This document shows positions 18,808 to 28,447 of a stretch of 37,205 nt of DNA, one piece after another; position 1 is the stretch's first letter, and every line of letters starts with the position of its first letter. The DNA is taken from positions 1-37,205 of the forward strand of contig SLIM01000028.1 of assembly GCA_007135625.1 (NCBI GenBank), read 5' to 3'. Below the pieces are notes generated by a model, which worked only from the letters and a program-made list of their open reading frames with translations, was not told the DNA's origin and did no database searches. A program made the position numbers and the translations under genes. Origin of the DNA: Gammaproteobacteria bacterium. GTDB lineage: Bacteria; Pseudomonadota; Gammaproteobacteria; Chromatiales; Chromatiaceae.

Positions 18808-18838
18808 GTGTGACCCAAAGTGATGCTTTGGGTCGCAC
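18808..18838 (+). terminator. Stem-loop immediately after the activase-related gene
   Basis: gtgtgacccaaag (18808-18820) and ctttgggtcgcac (18826-18838) form a 13-bp stem with one mismatch and a 5-nt loop, 4 nt after the stop. There is no U-tract, so intrinsic-terminator function is uncertain. Confidence 0.4.
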
Positions 18839-19011
18839 GACACGACTTCGAAAGGAGGTCTGTGGGTCGCTCTGGGGGGCGACAGGTAGCCTGAAGCACT
18901 GCCCTACAAGGCTTGTGCATCGGTTTGTGTCGCACCCAAGGATCAGTTCAACCTCCCCGCTCCGTCTGTTCCGCGTACTCTACGGCTTTTTGTCAAGGTC
19001 TCCCGTGGGGA

Positions 19012-20570
<1,559 letters not shown>

Positions 20571-20572
20571 GG

Positions 20573-22321
20573 CTACACCAGCTCGCTGTCGGGGGAGAGA
20601 ACCATCTCATGATGGCCCTTGCCCGCCGCAATCATCGGATAGACGTTCTCCTTGGGATCAACGATGATATCCATAAAGACCAGCCGATCCTTCATCGAGA
20701 AGGCCTCCTGCATCGCCGCTTCCAAGTCACCGGGGCGCTCAATGCGCATGCCGACATGGCCGTAGCTCTGGGCTAACTGCACAAAGTCGGGGAGCGCCTC
20801 GACGTAGGATTGGGAGTAGCGGCTGTCGTAGAAGAACTCCTGCCACTGCCGCACCATGCCGAGATAGCCGTTGTTGAGCAGAATGATCTTGATCGGTAGG
20901 TCATACTGCTTGCAGGTGGCCAGCTCCTGGATACACATCTGAATGCTCCCCTCGCCGGTGACCACCGCCACCTCGCGCTCGGGGTGGGCCACTTTGCAGC
21001 CCATCGCCGCCGGTAGCCCGAAGCCCATGGTACCGAGTCCGCCGGAGTTGATCCAGCGGCGCGGCTGCTCGAAGGGGTAGAATTGGGCGGCAAACATCTG
21101 GTGCTGGCCGACATCGGAGCAGATAATCGCGTCGCCGCCAGTCACTTTGTGCAGGGTCTCTACCGCATATTGCGGCTTGATGACCTCGTGGTTGCTTCGA
21201 TCATAGCGCAGACAGTGCATCCCGCGCCACTGCTCAATCTTTTGCCACCAGGCTTGCAGTGTAGCGTGGTGGTTCGGCTGCTGCTGCTTCTGTTTCAGCG
21301 AGCGCATCTGCTTGAGCATATCTTGCAGCACCGAGCGTACCGGGCCGACGATGGGAAGATCGACGCGCACGGTTTTGGCAATCGACGAGGGGTCGATGTC
21401 AACGTGGATGATGCGGGCATGGGGACAGAACTTCTCGATGTGGCCAGTCACGCGGTCGTCGAAGCGGGCACCGATGGCGACCACCAGGTCGGCTTCGTGC
21501 ATTGCCATGTTGGCTTCGTAGGTGCCGTGCATCCCCAACATGCCGAGAAATTGGCGGTCGCTGGCGGGGTAAGATCCCAGCCCCATCAGGGTGCTGGTGA
21601 TCGGTACATTCAGCTCGCGCACCAGTGCGATCAGTGCCTCGCTCCCCTCGCCGAGAATCACTCCACCGCCAGTGTAGAAGATCGGGCTGTGGGCCTCCAG
21701 CATCAGCTCAACGGCCCGTCGAATCTGCCCTTGATGGCCCCTCACCGCCGGGTTGTAGGAGCGCATCTTGATCTCCGTCGGATAGTGATAGGGGATCGTA
21801 ATGCGTGGATCGGTGACATCCTTGGGGATATCGACCACTACCGGGCCGGGCCGCCCAGAGGTGGCCAGATGAAACGCTTTCTTCATGGTTGTGGCGATAT
21901 CCTCGACCCGCTTGATGAGAAAGTTATGCTTGACACAGGGTCGGGTAATGCCGACGGTATCGACCTCCTGAAAGGCATCGGAGCCGATAAAGGGGGTCGC
22001 CACCTGGCCGGTGAGGACGACCAGCGGGATGGAGTCCATATAGGCCGTAGCAATACCGGTCACGGCATTGGTGGCCCCCGGTCCTGAGGTGACTAGTGCC
22101 ACCCCGGGTTTGCCGGTAGAGCGAGCTAACCCGTCGGCTGCATGGACCGCGCCCTGCTCATGGCGGACCAACAGGTGCTTGACGTCGCTCTGCTGAAAAA
22201 TTGCATCATAGATGTGGAGTACGGCCCCGCCGGGATAGCCGAAGACATACTCCACCCCTTCGTCCTTCAGACACTGAACGACGATCTCGGCACCACTGAG
22301 TTCCACGTTACGAACCTCCAC
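20573..22321 (-). CDS. ilvI: Acetolactate synthase large (catalytic) subunit
   Basis: ThDP-enzyme motifs: GYPGGAVLHIYDA, HEQGAVHAADGLAR, SGPGATNAVTGIATAYMDSIP and GGLGTMGFGLPAAMG...GEGSIQM...LNNGYLGMV. The start is GTG 22321 or GTG 22306. Confidence 0.95.
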   Translation of the reverse strand: MEVRNVELSGAEIVVQCLKDEGVEYVFGYPGGAVLHIYDAIFQQSDVKHLLVRHEQGAVHAADGLARSTGKPGVALVTSGPGATNAVTGIATAYMDSIPLVVLTGQVATPFIGSDAFQEVDTVGITRPCVKHNFLIKRVEDIATTMKKAFHLATSGRPGPVVVDIPKDVTDPRITIPYHYPTEIKMRSYNPAVRGHQGQIRRAVELMLEAHSPIFYTGGGVILGEGSEALIALVRELNVPITSTLMGLGSYPASDRQFLGMLGMHGTYEANMAMHEADLVVAIGARFDDRVTGHIEKFCPHARIIHVDIDPSSIAKTVRVDLPIVGPVRSVLQDMLKQMRSLKQKQQQPNHHATLQAWWQKIEQWRGMHCLRYDRSNHEVIKPQYAVETLHKVTGGDAIICSDVGQHQMFAAQFYPFEQPRRWINSGGLGTMGFGLPAAMGCKVAHPEREVAVVTGEGSIQMCIQELATCKQYDLPIKIILLNNGYLGMVRQWQEFFYDSRYSQSYVEALPDFVQLAQSYGHVGMRIERPGDLEAAMQEAFSMKDRLVFMDIIVDPKENVYPMIAAGKGHHEMVLSPDSELV

Positions 22322-22393
22322 ACATACTGCCGGTACAACCCCTGCTATACCGTGCTCAAGGGATCAGCAAAATAATGACTAAACGAACCGTTC

Positions 22394-22422
22394 AACTTAC
22401 TGGCAATCGACGCTCCGGTCAA
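22394..22422 (-). promoter_or_regulatory. Candidate sigma70 promoter for ilvIHC
   Basis: On the minus strand, TTGACC (22417-22422), a 17-nt spacer, then TAAGTT (22394-22399), about 70 nt upstream of the ilvI start. Confidence 0.35.
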
Positions 22423-22494
22423 GCGTGTTTTTTTAGTGACTTTAAAAAGTTTGCCGGGGCGTGGGGTAAGATGAGGAGAATGAGCGGCGACAAT

Positions 22495-22646
22495 TTATGA
22501 TGCATTGTAGCAAATCTGCCCCTCTTGGAGGGCGGCATTGAGGTCGCCTTGCGCTCCGATGCGCTCCCACATTATGATGCATTGTAGCAAATCTGCCACT
22601 CTTGGAGGGCGGCATTGAGGTCGCCTTGCGCTCCGATGCGCTCCCA
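22495..22646. repeat. Tandem direct duplication (2 x 75 bp, period 77 bp, one mismatch) of the 3' end of the sulfotransferase-like gene
   Basis: ttatgatgcattgtagcaaatctgcc[c/a]ctcttggagggcggcattgaggtcgccttgcgctccgatgcgctccca occurs at 22495-22569 and again at 22572-22646. The second copy supplies the stop codon and the last 24 codons of the ORF 22572-23108. Confidence 0.95.
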
Positions 22647-23108
22647 AAAGTGCGGAAATTCGTTCTGGGCGGTTTCCAATTGCAGGGTCATGCAGTGGCT
22701 TTTGTCGCGCAGGAAGTGGCGGATATTTTCGGTGACGGTGTGAAGGTAGTCGGCAGCGAGTTGGGTCGGGTCGTGGGCTGTTTCGTCGCTCATCAGAATG
22801 CCTTGTCGGTAGGCGCGGAGGATGCCGTGTTCTAGCTCGCTGCGACGGCGGAAGCTGGCAATGGTGGCCTCGGGTTGCCGCTGAAGGTGGAGATAGAAGG
22901 CGTGGTCGCCGTAGCGCTGATGCAGGCGACCGAGCAGCCAGCAGAGACGATTGTCGGCTTCAATATGGTTGGCTGGGTAGTCGAGTCGGGCGGCTCCTAG
23001 AAGGCGGGCGCGGCTTTCGTGGGCGGCGCTGTAGTTGCTGATGTGGGAGCAGGCGCGAATGAAGGTGGAGCTGCCGCAGCGGCCACTGTTCAAAATGAAG
23101 ATATTCAT
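22572..23108 (-). CDS. Small P-loop-like protein, tentatively sulfotransferase-family
   Basis: The N-terminal MNIFILNSGRCGSSTFIRAC resembles the PAPS 5'-phosphosulfate-binding loop of sulfotransferases. Its start overlaps the upstream stop (ATGA at 23105-23108). The functional call is weak. Confidence 0.5.
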   Translation of the reverse strand: MNIFILNSGRCGSSTFIRACSHISNYSAAHESRARLLGAARLDYPANHIEADNRLCWLLGRLHQRYGDHAFYLHLQRQPEATIASFRRRSELEHGILRAYRQGILMSDETAHDPTQLAADYLHTVTENIRHFLRDKSHCMTLQLETAQNEFPHFWERIGAQGDLNAALQEWQICYNAS

Positions 23109-24940
23109 GGTTTGAGGGTTCCGTCAAGGAGTTGCTGCCAATTGCTTTGCTGCTGTGGGTAGGCGGCGATGGCGGCGGCGATGCGGGCCTTGTGGGGGGC
23201 GAGCTGGTGGGGGCTGTTAATGAGGGTGTAGCCGGCTGCCTGGGGGGCGAAGTTCTGTTCGATGTTATCAAGAAAGTGGGTGATTGCGCTGCACGCCGAG
23301 GTGAACTGGGGGGCATTCCACCACCAGTTATCTGGGTTGTGAAAGAGCGTGCGCAGGGCGGTGAGGCGCTGTTGCAGTTGCTGCTGTTTGGCGTTGTAGC
23401 GCTCGCTTAGGTCTGCTTCGGTGCGCCCAAGCTGGGCGTGAATTTGCGCTGCGCTCCACGCCCTTTGCGGCGCGTCCTGGTAGAGGGCCTCGATGGTGAA
23501 GAGGGTGAGGTCGCCGAGAAATTGGCGTGCAAACTCTTCGCTGATGTCGGTTCGTTGGGCGCTGCGCTGGATTCCGTGACGGTATTCGGCGCGGCCTAGG
23601 GTGCTGAGGGTGCGGCGGTGGAGCATCGGGAGGTTGGCGCTGCAGAAGGTGGCGCTGGCGGTGGCGCTGAGGATCCGTCCGAGCAGCGGCCCGGCCATGC
23701 GCAGGCGGAGGTGGGCAAGGGGGATGTACCACTGCAGGGCGTTACTGCGTAGGGTGTAGTTGCCGGTGTAGAGGGTGCGGGCGGGTTGCAGGGTGGCGGC
23801 GAGGGGTTGGTGGTGGTAGTAGGTGCTGCGGGTGGGGTGTTCGCCGTCGAAGAAGCGGTCGAGTTGCTGCGCGAGGTGGGTGAAGGTGGCGCTGTGGGGG
23901 TGGCAAGCGTGCAGGGGACAGAGGTAGGGCTGTGGCTGTGGGCGGGTGGGGAGGCCGAAGAGGTCGGCGTGGTCGTGGTAGTCGGCGTGGCCGGGGGTGG
24001 GGTGGTGGTGGAAGGTGCAGTGCTGTTCGGGGTGGCTGGCGGCGAGTTGCTGGAGCAGGGCGTGCAGGTCGAGTAGCAGGTTGTTGGCCATTACGGCGGG
24101 GGCGACCGGGGGGTCGCCGACCACCTTGCCGGTGAGTACCTGGAGTTGGGGGTGGTCGCGGAAGAGTTGGTCGAGGTGGTGGAGGTAGTTGAGGGCGTAG
24201 GGTTCCGCTTCGCCGTCGGCGCTGCGCAGGCGGATGCGAAACTCTTGGTCGCTGTCGAGAAAGTGAAACAGCCGGGGGGTGCCGTCGCAGCGGTGGTGCC
24301 AGAGCCAGAGGTAGGCGAGGTTGCGGGTGGTGGAGGCCCCTTTGTGGCCCATGCGTTGGGGGGTGAGGGCCTGTAGGCTTGGCTCCAGGGCGGCGCGCTG
24401 GCGGGGGGTGAGGCGCTCCAGTTCGGCCCACTGCTGGGGGTGGTCGAGGTGGTGGGTGGTGACTCCGGCGGCGCTGGTTTGGGCGGCGATGGCGTGGTGC
24501 TGGTGGCGGTTGGCGGGGTCGCGGGAGTCGTCAATAAGCACCACTTCGACCAGTGGGTAGCGGCCTTGTTGCTCGCCGCCGTAGGCGTAGCAGTGGCAGA
24601 GTTCGAGCAGGCTGGCGAGGCAGTTGCGAAGCTGTTGCGGGCGGTCGGCGACCGGGATGAGCAGGGTGATGGGGTGGCGGGGCTGCTGCTGTGCGGCTCG
24701 CCATTGCTCCCAGAGGCGGTAGAGCTGCTGCTGCTGGGGGAGCTGGTCGGGAGCAAAACCGTGATTCCAGAGTGCCGCTTCGCTGGCGGCGCGGGCGTGC
24801 TGAAAGAGGGTGGCGCAGTCGCGCTCCTGGAGGTGGGCGAGTGCTGGGGTGGTGGCGCAGTGGTGGCGGAGTTGGGGGCAGTCGTGTGGGTTCATCGGCG
24901 GCGGTAACGTTGCAAAAGGGGGAGTGGGTGCGCGGCTCAT
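23105..24940 (-). CDS. GT-A (family-2-like) glycosyltransferase-domain protein with long His/Gln/Pro-rich N- and C-terminal regions, function unknown
   Basis: GT2-type core: ITLLIPVADRPQQLRNCLASLLELC...LVEVVLIDDSRDP...MGHKGASTTRNLAYLWL...LFHFLDSDQEF (DxD). This motif selects the correct frame among several open frames here. ATGA overlaps are present at both ends. Confidence 0.65.
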   Translation of the reverse strand: MSRAPTPPFATLPPPMNPHDCPQLRHHCATTPALAHLQERDCATLFQHARAASEAALWNHGFAPDQLPQQQQLYRLWEQWRAAQQQPRHPITLLIPVADRPQQLRNCLASLLELCHCYAYGGEQQGRYPLVEVVLIDDSRDPANRHQHHAIAAQTSAAGVTTHHLDHPQQWAELERLTPRQRAALEPSLQALTPQRMGHKGASTTRNLAYLWLWHHRCDGTPRLFHFLDSDQEFRIRLRSADGEAEPYALNYLHHLDQLFRDHPQLQVLTGKVVGDPPVAPAVMANNLLLDLHALLQQLAASHPEQHCTFHHHPTPGHADYHDHADLFGLPTRPQPQPYLCPLHACHPHSATFTHLAQQLDRFFDGEHPTRSTYYHHQPLAATLQPARTLYTGNYTLRSNALQWYIPLAHLRLRMAGPLLGRILSATASATFCSANLPMLHRRTLSTLGRAEYRHGIQRSAQRTDISEEFARQFLGDLTLFTIEALYQDAPQRAWSAAQIHAQLGRTEADLSERYNAKQQQLQQRLTALRTLFHNPDNWWWNAPQFTSACSAITHFLDNIEQNFAPQAAGYTLINSPHQLAPHKARIAAAIAAYPQQQSNWQQLLDGTLKP

Positions 24941-26640
24941 CTTCCCGACTGGTAGTTCGGGTAGATCTCGCGGTCGATGGGGATTTCAATGAGGTTAATG
25001 GCGTGGTGCAGATCGGCTTGGGCGAGGAGCTGGTCGATTGCTGCCGGTTGCTCGATGCGGTAGTGGTGGATGCCGAAGGCTTGCGCAAGGGTGGCGAAGT
25101 CGGGGTTGATGAAGTCGCAGTCGATAAAGCGGCGCTGGTAGTGTTGCTGTTGGTTTTTGCGAATCAGCCCCATGGTGCCGTTGTTGAGCAGCAGGATGTT
25201 GAGCGGGATTTGGTAGTTGACGGCGGTCATTAGCTCCATCGCGCACATTTGAAAGCCGCCGTCGCCGAGAATGGCGAAGGCGGTGCGGTCGCTGGCGAGG
25301 CGGGCGCCGATGGCGGCGGGGATGGCGTGGCCGAGGGAGGAGATGCCGCTGTTGGGGTAGTAGCGGTTGGCGCTGCTGATGCGCAGGAAGTTTTGGGCGA
25401 AGATGATGTTGTCGTCAAACAGCATGATGTCGCTGGGAAAGTGTTCGCCTAGGCGGTTGAAGAGGTATTCGATGAGGCGAATGGCGGCGGGGGGAGTGCG
25501 CTTCTCGACCGGCGGCTTGGCGGCGGGTGCGGGAGCTGGCTGGTCGTGGTCGCTGCCGCTGCTCCAGTGCAGGGCGCTGCCGGGGGCGGCGGGGGGCGGC
25601 TGCTTGGGGGGCATGTCGTGGAGCCGGTCGAGGAGGGCGTTGAGGATGCCGGGGATGTCGCCGTAGAGGGCGAGGTCGGCGTGGTAGAGGCGTTCGAGCT
25701 GCTCCGGGTCGTGGTCGATCTGAATGATCTGTTTGCCGTTAAGGAGCTGGGGATCCCAGAGGTAACTGGTCCGTTCGTTGAAACTGGCCCCGAGGAAGAG
25801 GAGCAGGTCGGCGTGGTCGATCAGGTAGCGGCGGGCGCGTCCGTCGGAGGTGACCCCGAGGGTGCCGAGGGCAAGTGGGGCGTGTTCGTCGATGGCCCCT
25901 TTGGCTTTGAGGCTGGTGGCGACCGGGATGGCGTGGCGCTGGCTGAGGGCGGTGAGGGCGGTGCTGCCGTGGCGGTGGGTTGCGCCGTAACCGGCGATAA
26001 TCACCGGGCAACGCGCTTGGCGTAGGCGTTGTTCGAGTTCGCTGAGGGGGGGGAGGCGGGGGCGGCGCGGGAGGCTGCCGGGCTGCGGCAGGATGTGGTC
26101 GAGCAGGGTGCTATCAACCGCTTCGAGTTGGACGTTAAAGGGGAGGCTAAGGAGGACTGGGCCGGGGCGGGTGGCGGTGAGGGTGCGGGTGGCGCGGTGC
26201 AGGACTTGGGGGAGGTAGTCGCTGCGTTCAATCAGTTTGTGGTAGCGGGTGATGCCGCGAAATAGGGTGACCTGGTCGATGCTTCCCCCTTCGCCGCTGC
26301 TCTCTTGGAGTCCGCCTTTGCCGAAGATGTGGGTGGAGGTCTCGCCGGTGATCGCGAGGAGTGGCTGGTGGTCGGCGTAGGCGTTGGCGATGCCGGTGAC
26401 CAGATTGGTGGCACCGGGGCCGGCAGTGGCGATGCAGGCTCCGATGCGGCCGGATGCGCGGGCGTAGCCGCCGGCCATGAAGGCCGCTCCCTGTTCGTGT
26501 TTGGTGAGGATGGTGCGAATTGAGGAGCGCTGGAGCTGGTCGTAGACCGGGAGGATGTGGGCGCCGGGAATGCCGAATAGGGTGTCGATGCCGAGGCGTT
26601 CTAGGTAGCGGACGAGCAGTTCACTGACGGTGATGCGCAT
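24937..26640 (-). CDS. Thiamine-diphosphate enzyme of the acetolactate-synthase/carboligase family (accessory paralogue)
   Basis: MRITVSELLVRYLERLGIDTLFGIPGAHILPVYDQL..HEQGAAFMAGGYA..AGPGATNLVTGIANAYADHQPLL..., with a C-terminal GDGGFQMCAMELMTAVNYQIPLNILLLNNGTMG ThDP-binding motif. Start set at ATG 26640. The track ORF extension to 26748 overlaps the upstream gene. Confidence 0.85.
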   Translation of the reverse strand: MRITVSELLVRYLERLGIDTLFGIPGAHILPVYDQLQRSSIRTILTKHEQGAAFMAGGYARASGRIGACIATAGPGATNLVTGIANAYADHQPLLAITGETSTHIFGKGGLQESSGEGGSIDQVTLFRGITRYHKLIERSDYLPQVLHRATRTLTATRPGPVLLSLPFNVQLEAVDSTLLDHILPQPGSLPRRPRLPPLSELEQRLRQARCPVIIAGYGATHRHGSTALTALSQRHAIPVATSLKAKGAIDEHAPLALGTLGVTSDGRARRYLIDHADLLLFLGASFNERTSYLWDPQLLNGKQIIQIDHDPEQLERLYHADLALYGDIPGILNALLDRLHDMPPKQPPPAAPGSALHWSSGSDHDQPAPAPAAKPPVEKRTPPAAIRLIEYLFNRLGEHFPSDIMLFDDNIIFAQNFLRISSANRYYPNSGISSLGHAIPAAIGARLASDRTAFAILGDGGFQMCAMELMTAVNYQIPLNILLLNNGTMGLIRKNQQQHYQRRFIDCDFINPDFATLAQAFGIHHYRIEQPAAIDQLLAQADLHHAINLIEIPIDREIYPNYQSGR

Positions 26641-26671
26641 GGGGGAGAGTAGACTCTTTGCAATGAGGGGT

Positions 26672-27673
26672 TCAGGGTTGGCGGCGCTGGTAGATCCCTT
26701 CAACGAGGTAGAGGGGTCGCGCCTTGACCTCGGTGAAGAGGCGGCCAATAAACTCGCCTAAGATCCCCAGTGACATGAGTTGGACTCCTCCAAGAAAGAG
26801 GATGACGGTCATGAGGGAGGCGTAGCCGGGCATATCGACACCGGTGAGCAGTACCCTGGTGACGATGAAGAGGGCGTAGAGGAAGGCGAGTCCGGCGATT
26901 AGGGTGCCGATGTAGGTCCAGATGCGCAGCGGGGCGGAGGAGAAGCTGGTGATGCCGTCAATGGCGAAGTTCCAGAGTTTCCAATAGCTAAACTTACTCT
27001 GGCCGAGCTGGCGTTGCTGGCGGGTGTAGGGGATGCCGATGGTGTGAAAGCCGACCCAGGCAAAAAGCCCTTTCATAAAGCGGTTGCGCTCTGGGAACTG
27101 GCGTAGCGCCTCCACTACGCGCCGGTCGATGAGCCGATAGTCACCGGCATTTTCGGGGATAGAGACCGGGGAGAGATGGTTGAAGATGCGGTAGAACCAG
27201 CCAGCGGTGGCGCGTTTGGTGGTGGTGTCGCTGCTGCGATCTTGGCGGATGCCGTAGACCACGTCGTAGCCTTCGCGCCATTTGACGATAAACTCGGCGA
27301 TCAGCTCGGGCGGGTCTTGCAGATCGACATCCATCGGTACCACCAGGTCGCCGCTGGCGTGTTCGATACCGGCGGTGAGGGCCGCCTCTTTGCCAAAGTT
27401 GCGGGAGAGGTTGAGGCAGCGCAGGCGGGGGTCGTCGCAAATGGCGGTGAGGAGCTGTTGCAGGGTGTCGTCGTGGCTGCCGTCGTTAATGAAGAGGATC
27501 TCATAGCGTAGCGCGAGATGTTCGAGGGTCGGCTGCACGGCGGCGAGGAACGGGCGGATGGTCGCTGCCTCGTTGTAGACCGGAACCACCAGCGAGAGCA
27601 GCGGGTCGGCGGGGCGCTGCGGGTCGCCAAGCAGGTTATCGATCTGCGGGTGGTCGCTCAGCAGTGACGGCAT
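26672..27673 (-). CDS. Polyprenyl-phosphate glycosyltransferase (GtrB/ArnC/DPM1-like GT2 with two C-terminal TM helices)
   Basis: LSLVVPVYNEAATIRPF...EILFINDGSHDDT...SRNFGKEAALTAGIEHASGDLVVPMDVDLQDPPELI..., followed by TM helices IWTYIGTLIAGLAFLYALFIV and LMTVILFLGGVQLMSLGILGEFIGRLF. Confidence 0.88.
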   Translation of the reverse strand: MPSLLSDHPQIDNLLGDPQRPADPLLSLVVPVYNEAATIRPFLAAVQPTLEHLALRYEILFINDGSHDDTLQQLLTAICDDPRLRCLNLSRNFGKEAALTAGIEHASGDLVVPMDVDLQDPPELIAEFIVKWREGYDVVYGIRQDRSSDTTTKRATAGWFYRIFNHLSPVSIPENAGDYRLIDRRVVEALRQFPERNRFMKGLFAWVGFHTIGIPYTRQQRQLGQSKFSYWKLWNFAIDGITSFSSAPLRIWTYIGTLIAGLAFLYALFIVTRVLLTGVDMPGYASLMTVILFLGGVQLMSLGILGEFIGRLFTEVKARPLYLVEGIYQRRQP

Positions 27674-27679
27674 GCGGCG

Positions 27680-28447
27680 TTACACCTTGGCCGGGTGGTA
27701 GGCCCCGGCGTTGCGTCCGACATGGGCGATCCCTTCGCCGCCGTCAACCACTAGGATCTGGCCGGTGATGAAGTCGTTGGCGAGTAGCTGCAGCAGCGCT
27801 TGGGCGATATGGTCGCCCTCCCCTTTGCGCTGTAGCGGAATGGCCTCAATCCGCCACTGGAGATAGTCGGCGCTGCGGCTCTCGGCGGGAAGGGTGACTC
27901 CGGGGGCGATACCGTTGACGCGAATCGCCGGGGCGAACTCTAAGGCGGCCATGCGGGTGAGTTCGGCGAGTCCCTTTTTGCTCAACAGGTAGGCGGCATA
28001 ACTAAACTGGTTGTAGGCGATCTTGTTATCCAGAATGTTGATGATGTTGCCGCGCTGCACTTGGCGGGCGAAGGCTTGGATCAGAAAGAAGGGGGCCTTG
28101 AGGTTGAGGGCGAAGAGCTGGTCAAAGTCGTCGCTCTCGGTGTCGGCGATGGTCGCCTGGGTGTAGCCGGAGGCGCTGTTGACTAACACCTCCAGGTTGC
28201 CCATGCGAACGGCGACCGCCGCCATCCAGGTGGGGAGCGCGGGGGTGTCGCTAAGGTCGAAGCCGAAGAGTTCGCAGCGTACCCCGAACGCCTCAATCTC
28301 GCGTCGGGTCTGCTCCGCCTCCTCCTCGGAGGAGAAGTAGTGAAGGGCGATGTCGTAGCCCGCACGGGCGAGGGCGAGGGCCAGCTCGCGACCGAGTCGA
28401 ATGGCCCCTCCGGTGACCAGTGCGGCACCGCGTCTGGGTCTACTCAT
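27680..28447 (-). CDS. Short-chain dehydrogenase/reductase, pteridine-reductase/FolM-like subgroup
   Basis: AALVTGGAIRLGRELALALARAGYDIALHY (TGGxxRLG), VNSAS, and catalytic Y-LLS-K in SYAAYLLSKKGL. 255 aa. Confidence 0.8.
   Translation of the reverse strand: MSRPRRGAALVTGGAIRLGRELALALARAGYDIALHYFSSEEEAEQTRREIEAFGVRCELFGFDLSDTPALPTWMAAVAVRMGNLEVLVNSASGYTQATIADTESDDFDQLFALNLKAPFFLIQAFARQVQRGNIINILDNKIAYNQFSYAAYLLSKKGLAELTRMAALEFAPAIRVNGIAPGVTLPAESRSADYLQWRIEAIPLQRKGEGDHIAQALLQLLANDFITGQILVVDGGEGIAHVGRNAGAYHPAKV

Noticed and set aside
18808-18940. Several TGGGTCGC / GCGACCCA-like motifs suggesting a REP-type element family in the ilvC-proximal intergenic region
   Set aside because: Apart from the one good hairpin (18808-18838), the copies are short and degenerate. 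That is too little to call a repeat family from one window.
21083-22087. 334-aa plus-strand ORF, and 19096-19893 (265 aa)
   Set aside because: They lie antisense to ilvI and ilvC respectively, both of which are unambiguous.
23742-24756. Pro/Arg/Thr-rich minus-strand ORFs 23742-24431 (229 aa) and 24091-24756 (221 aa), plus several plus-strand Gly/Val-rich ORFs
   Set aside because: These are alternative frames of the 611-aa gene that stay open only because of the extreme base composition. The GT2 motifs (IDDSRDP, FLDSDQEF) occur only in the 23105-24940 frame.
26641-26748. N-terminal extension of the ThDP-enzyme ORF (MAASSPRSRRD...)
   Set aside because: It overlaps the 3' end of the GtrB-like gene. 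ThDP enzymes of this family start close to the MRITVSELLVRYL motif, found at ATG 26640.
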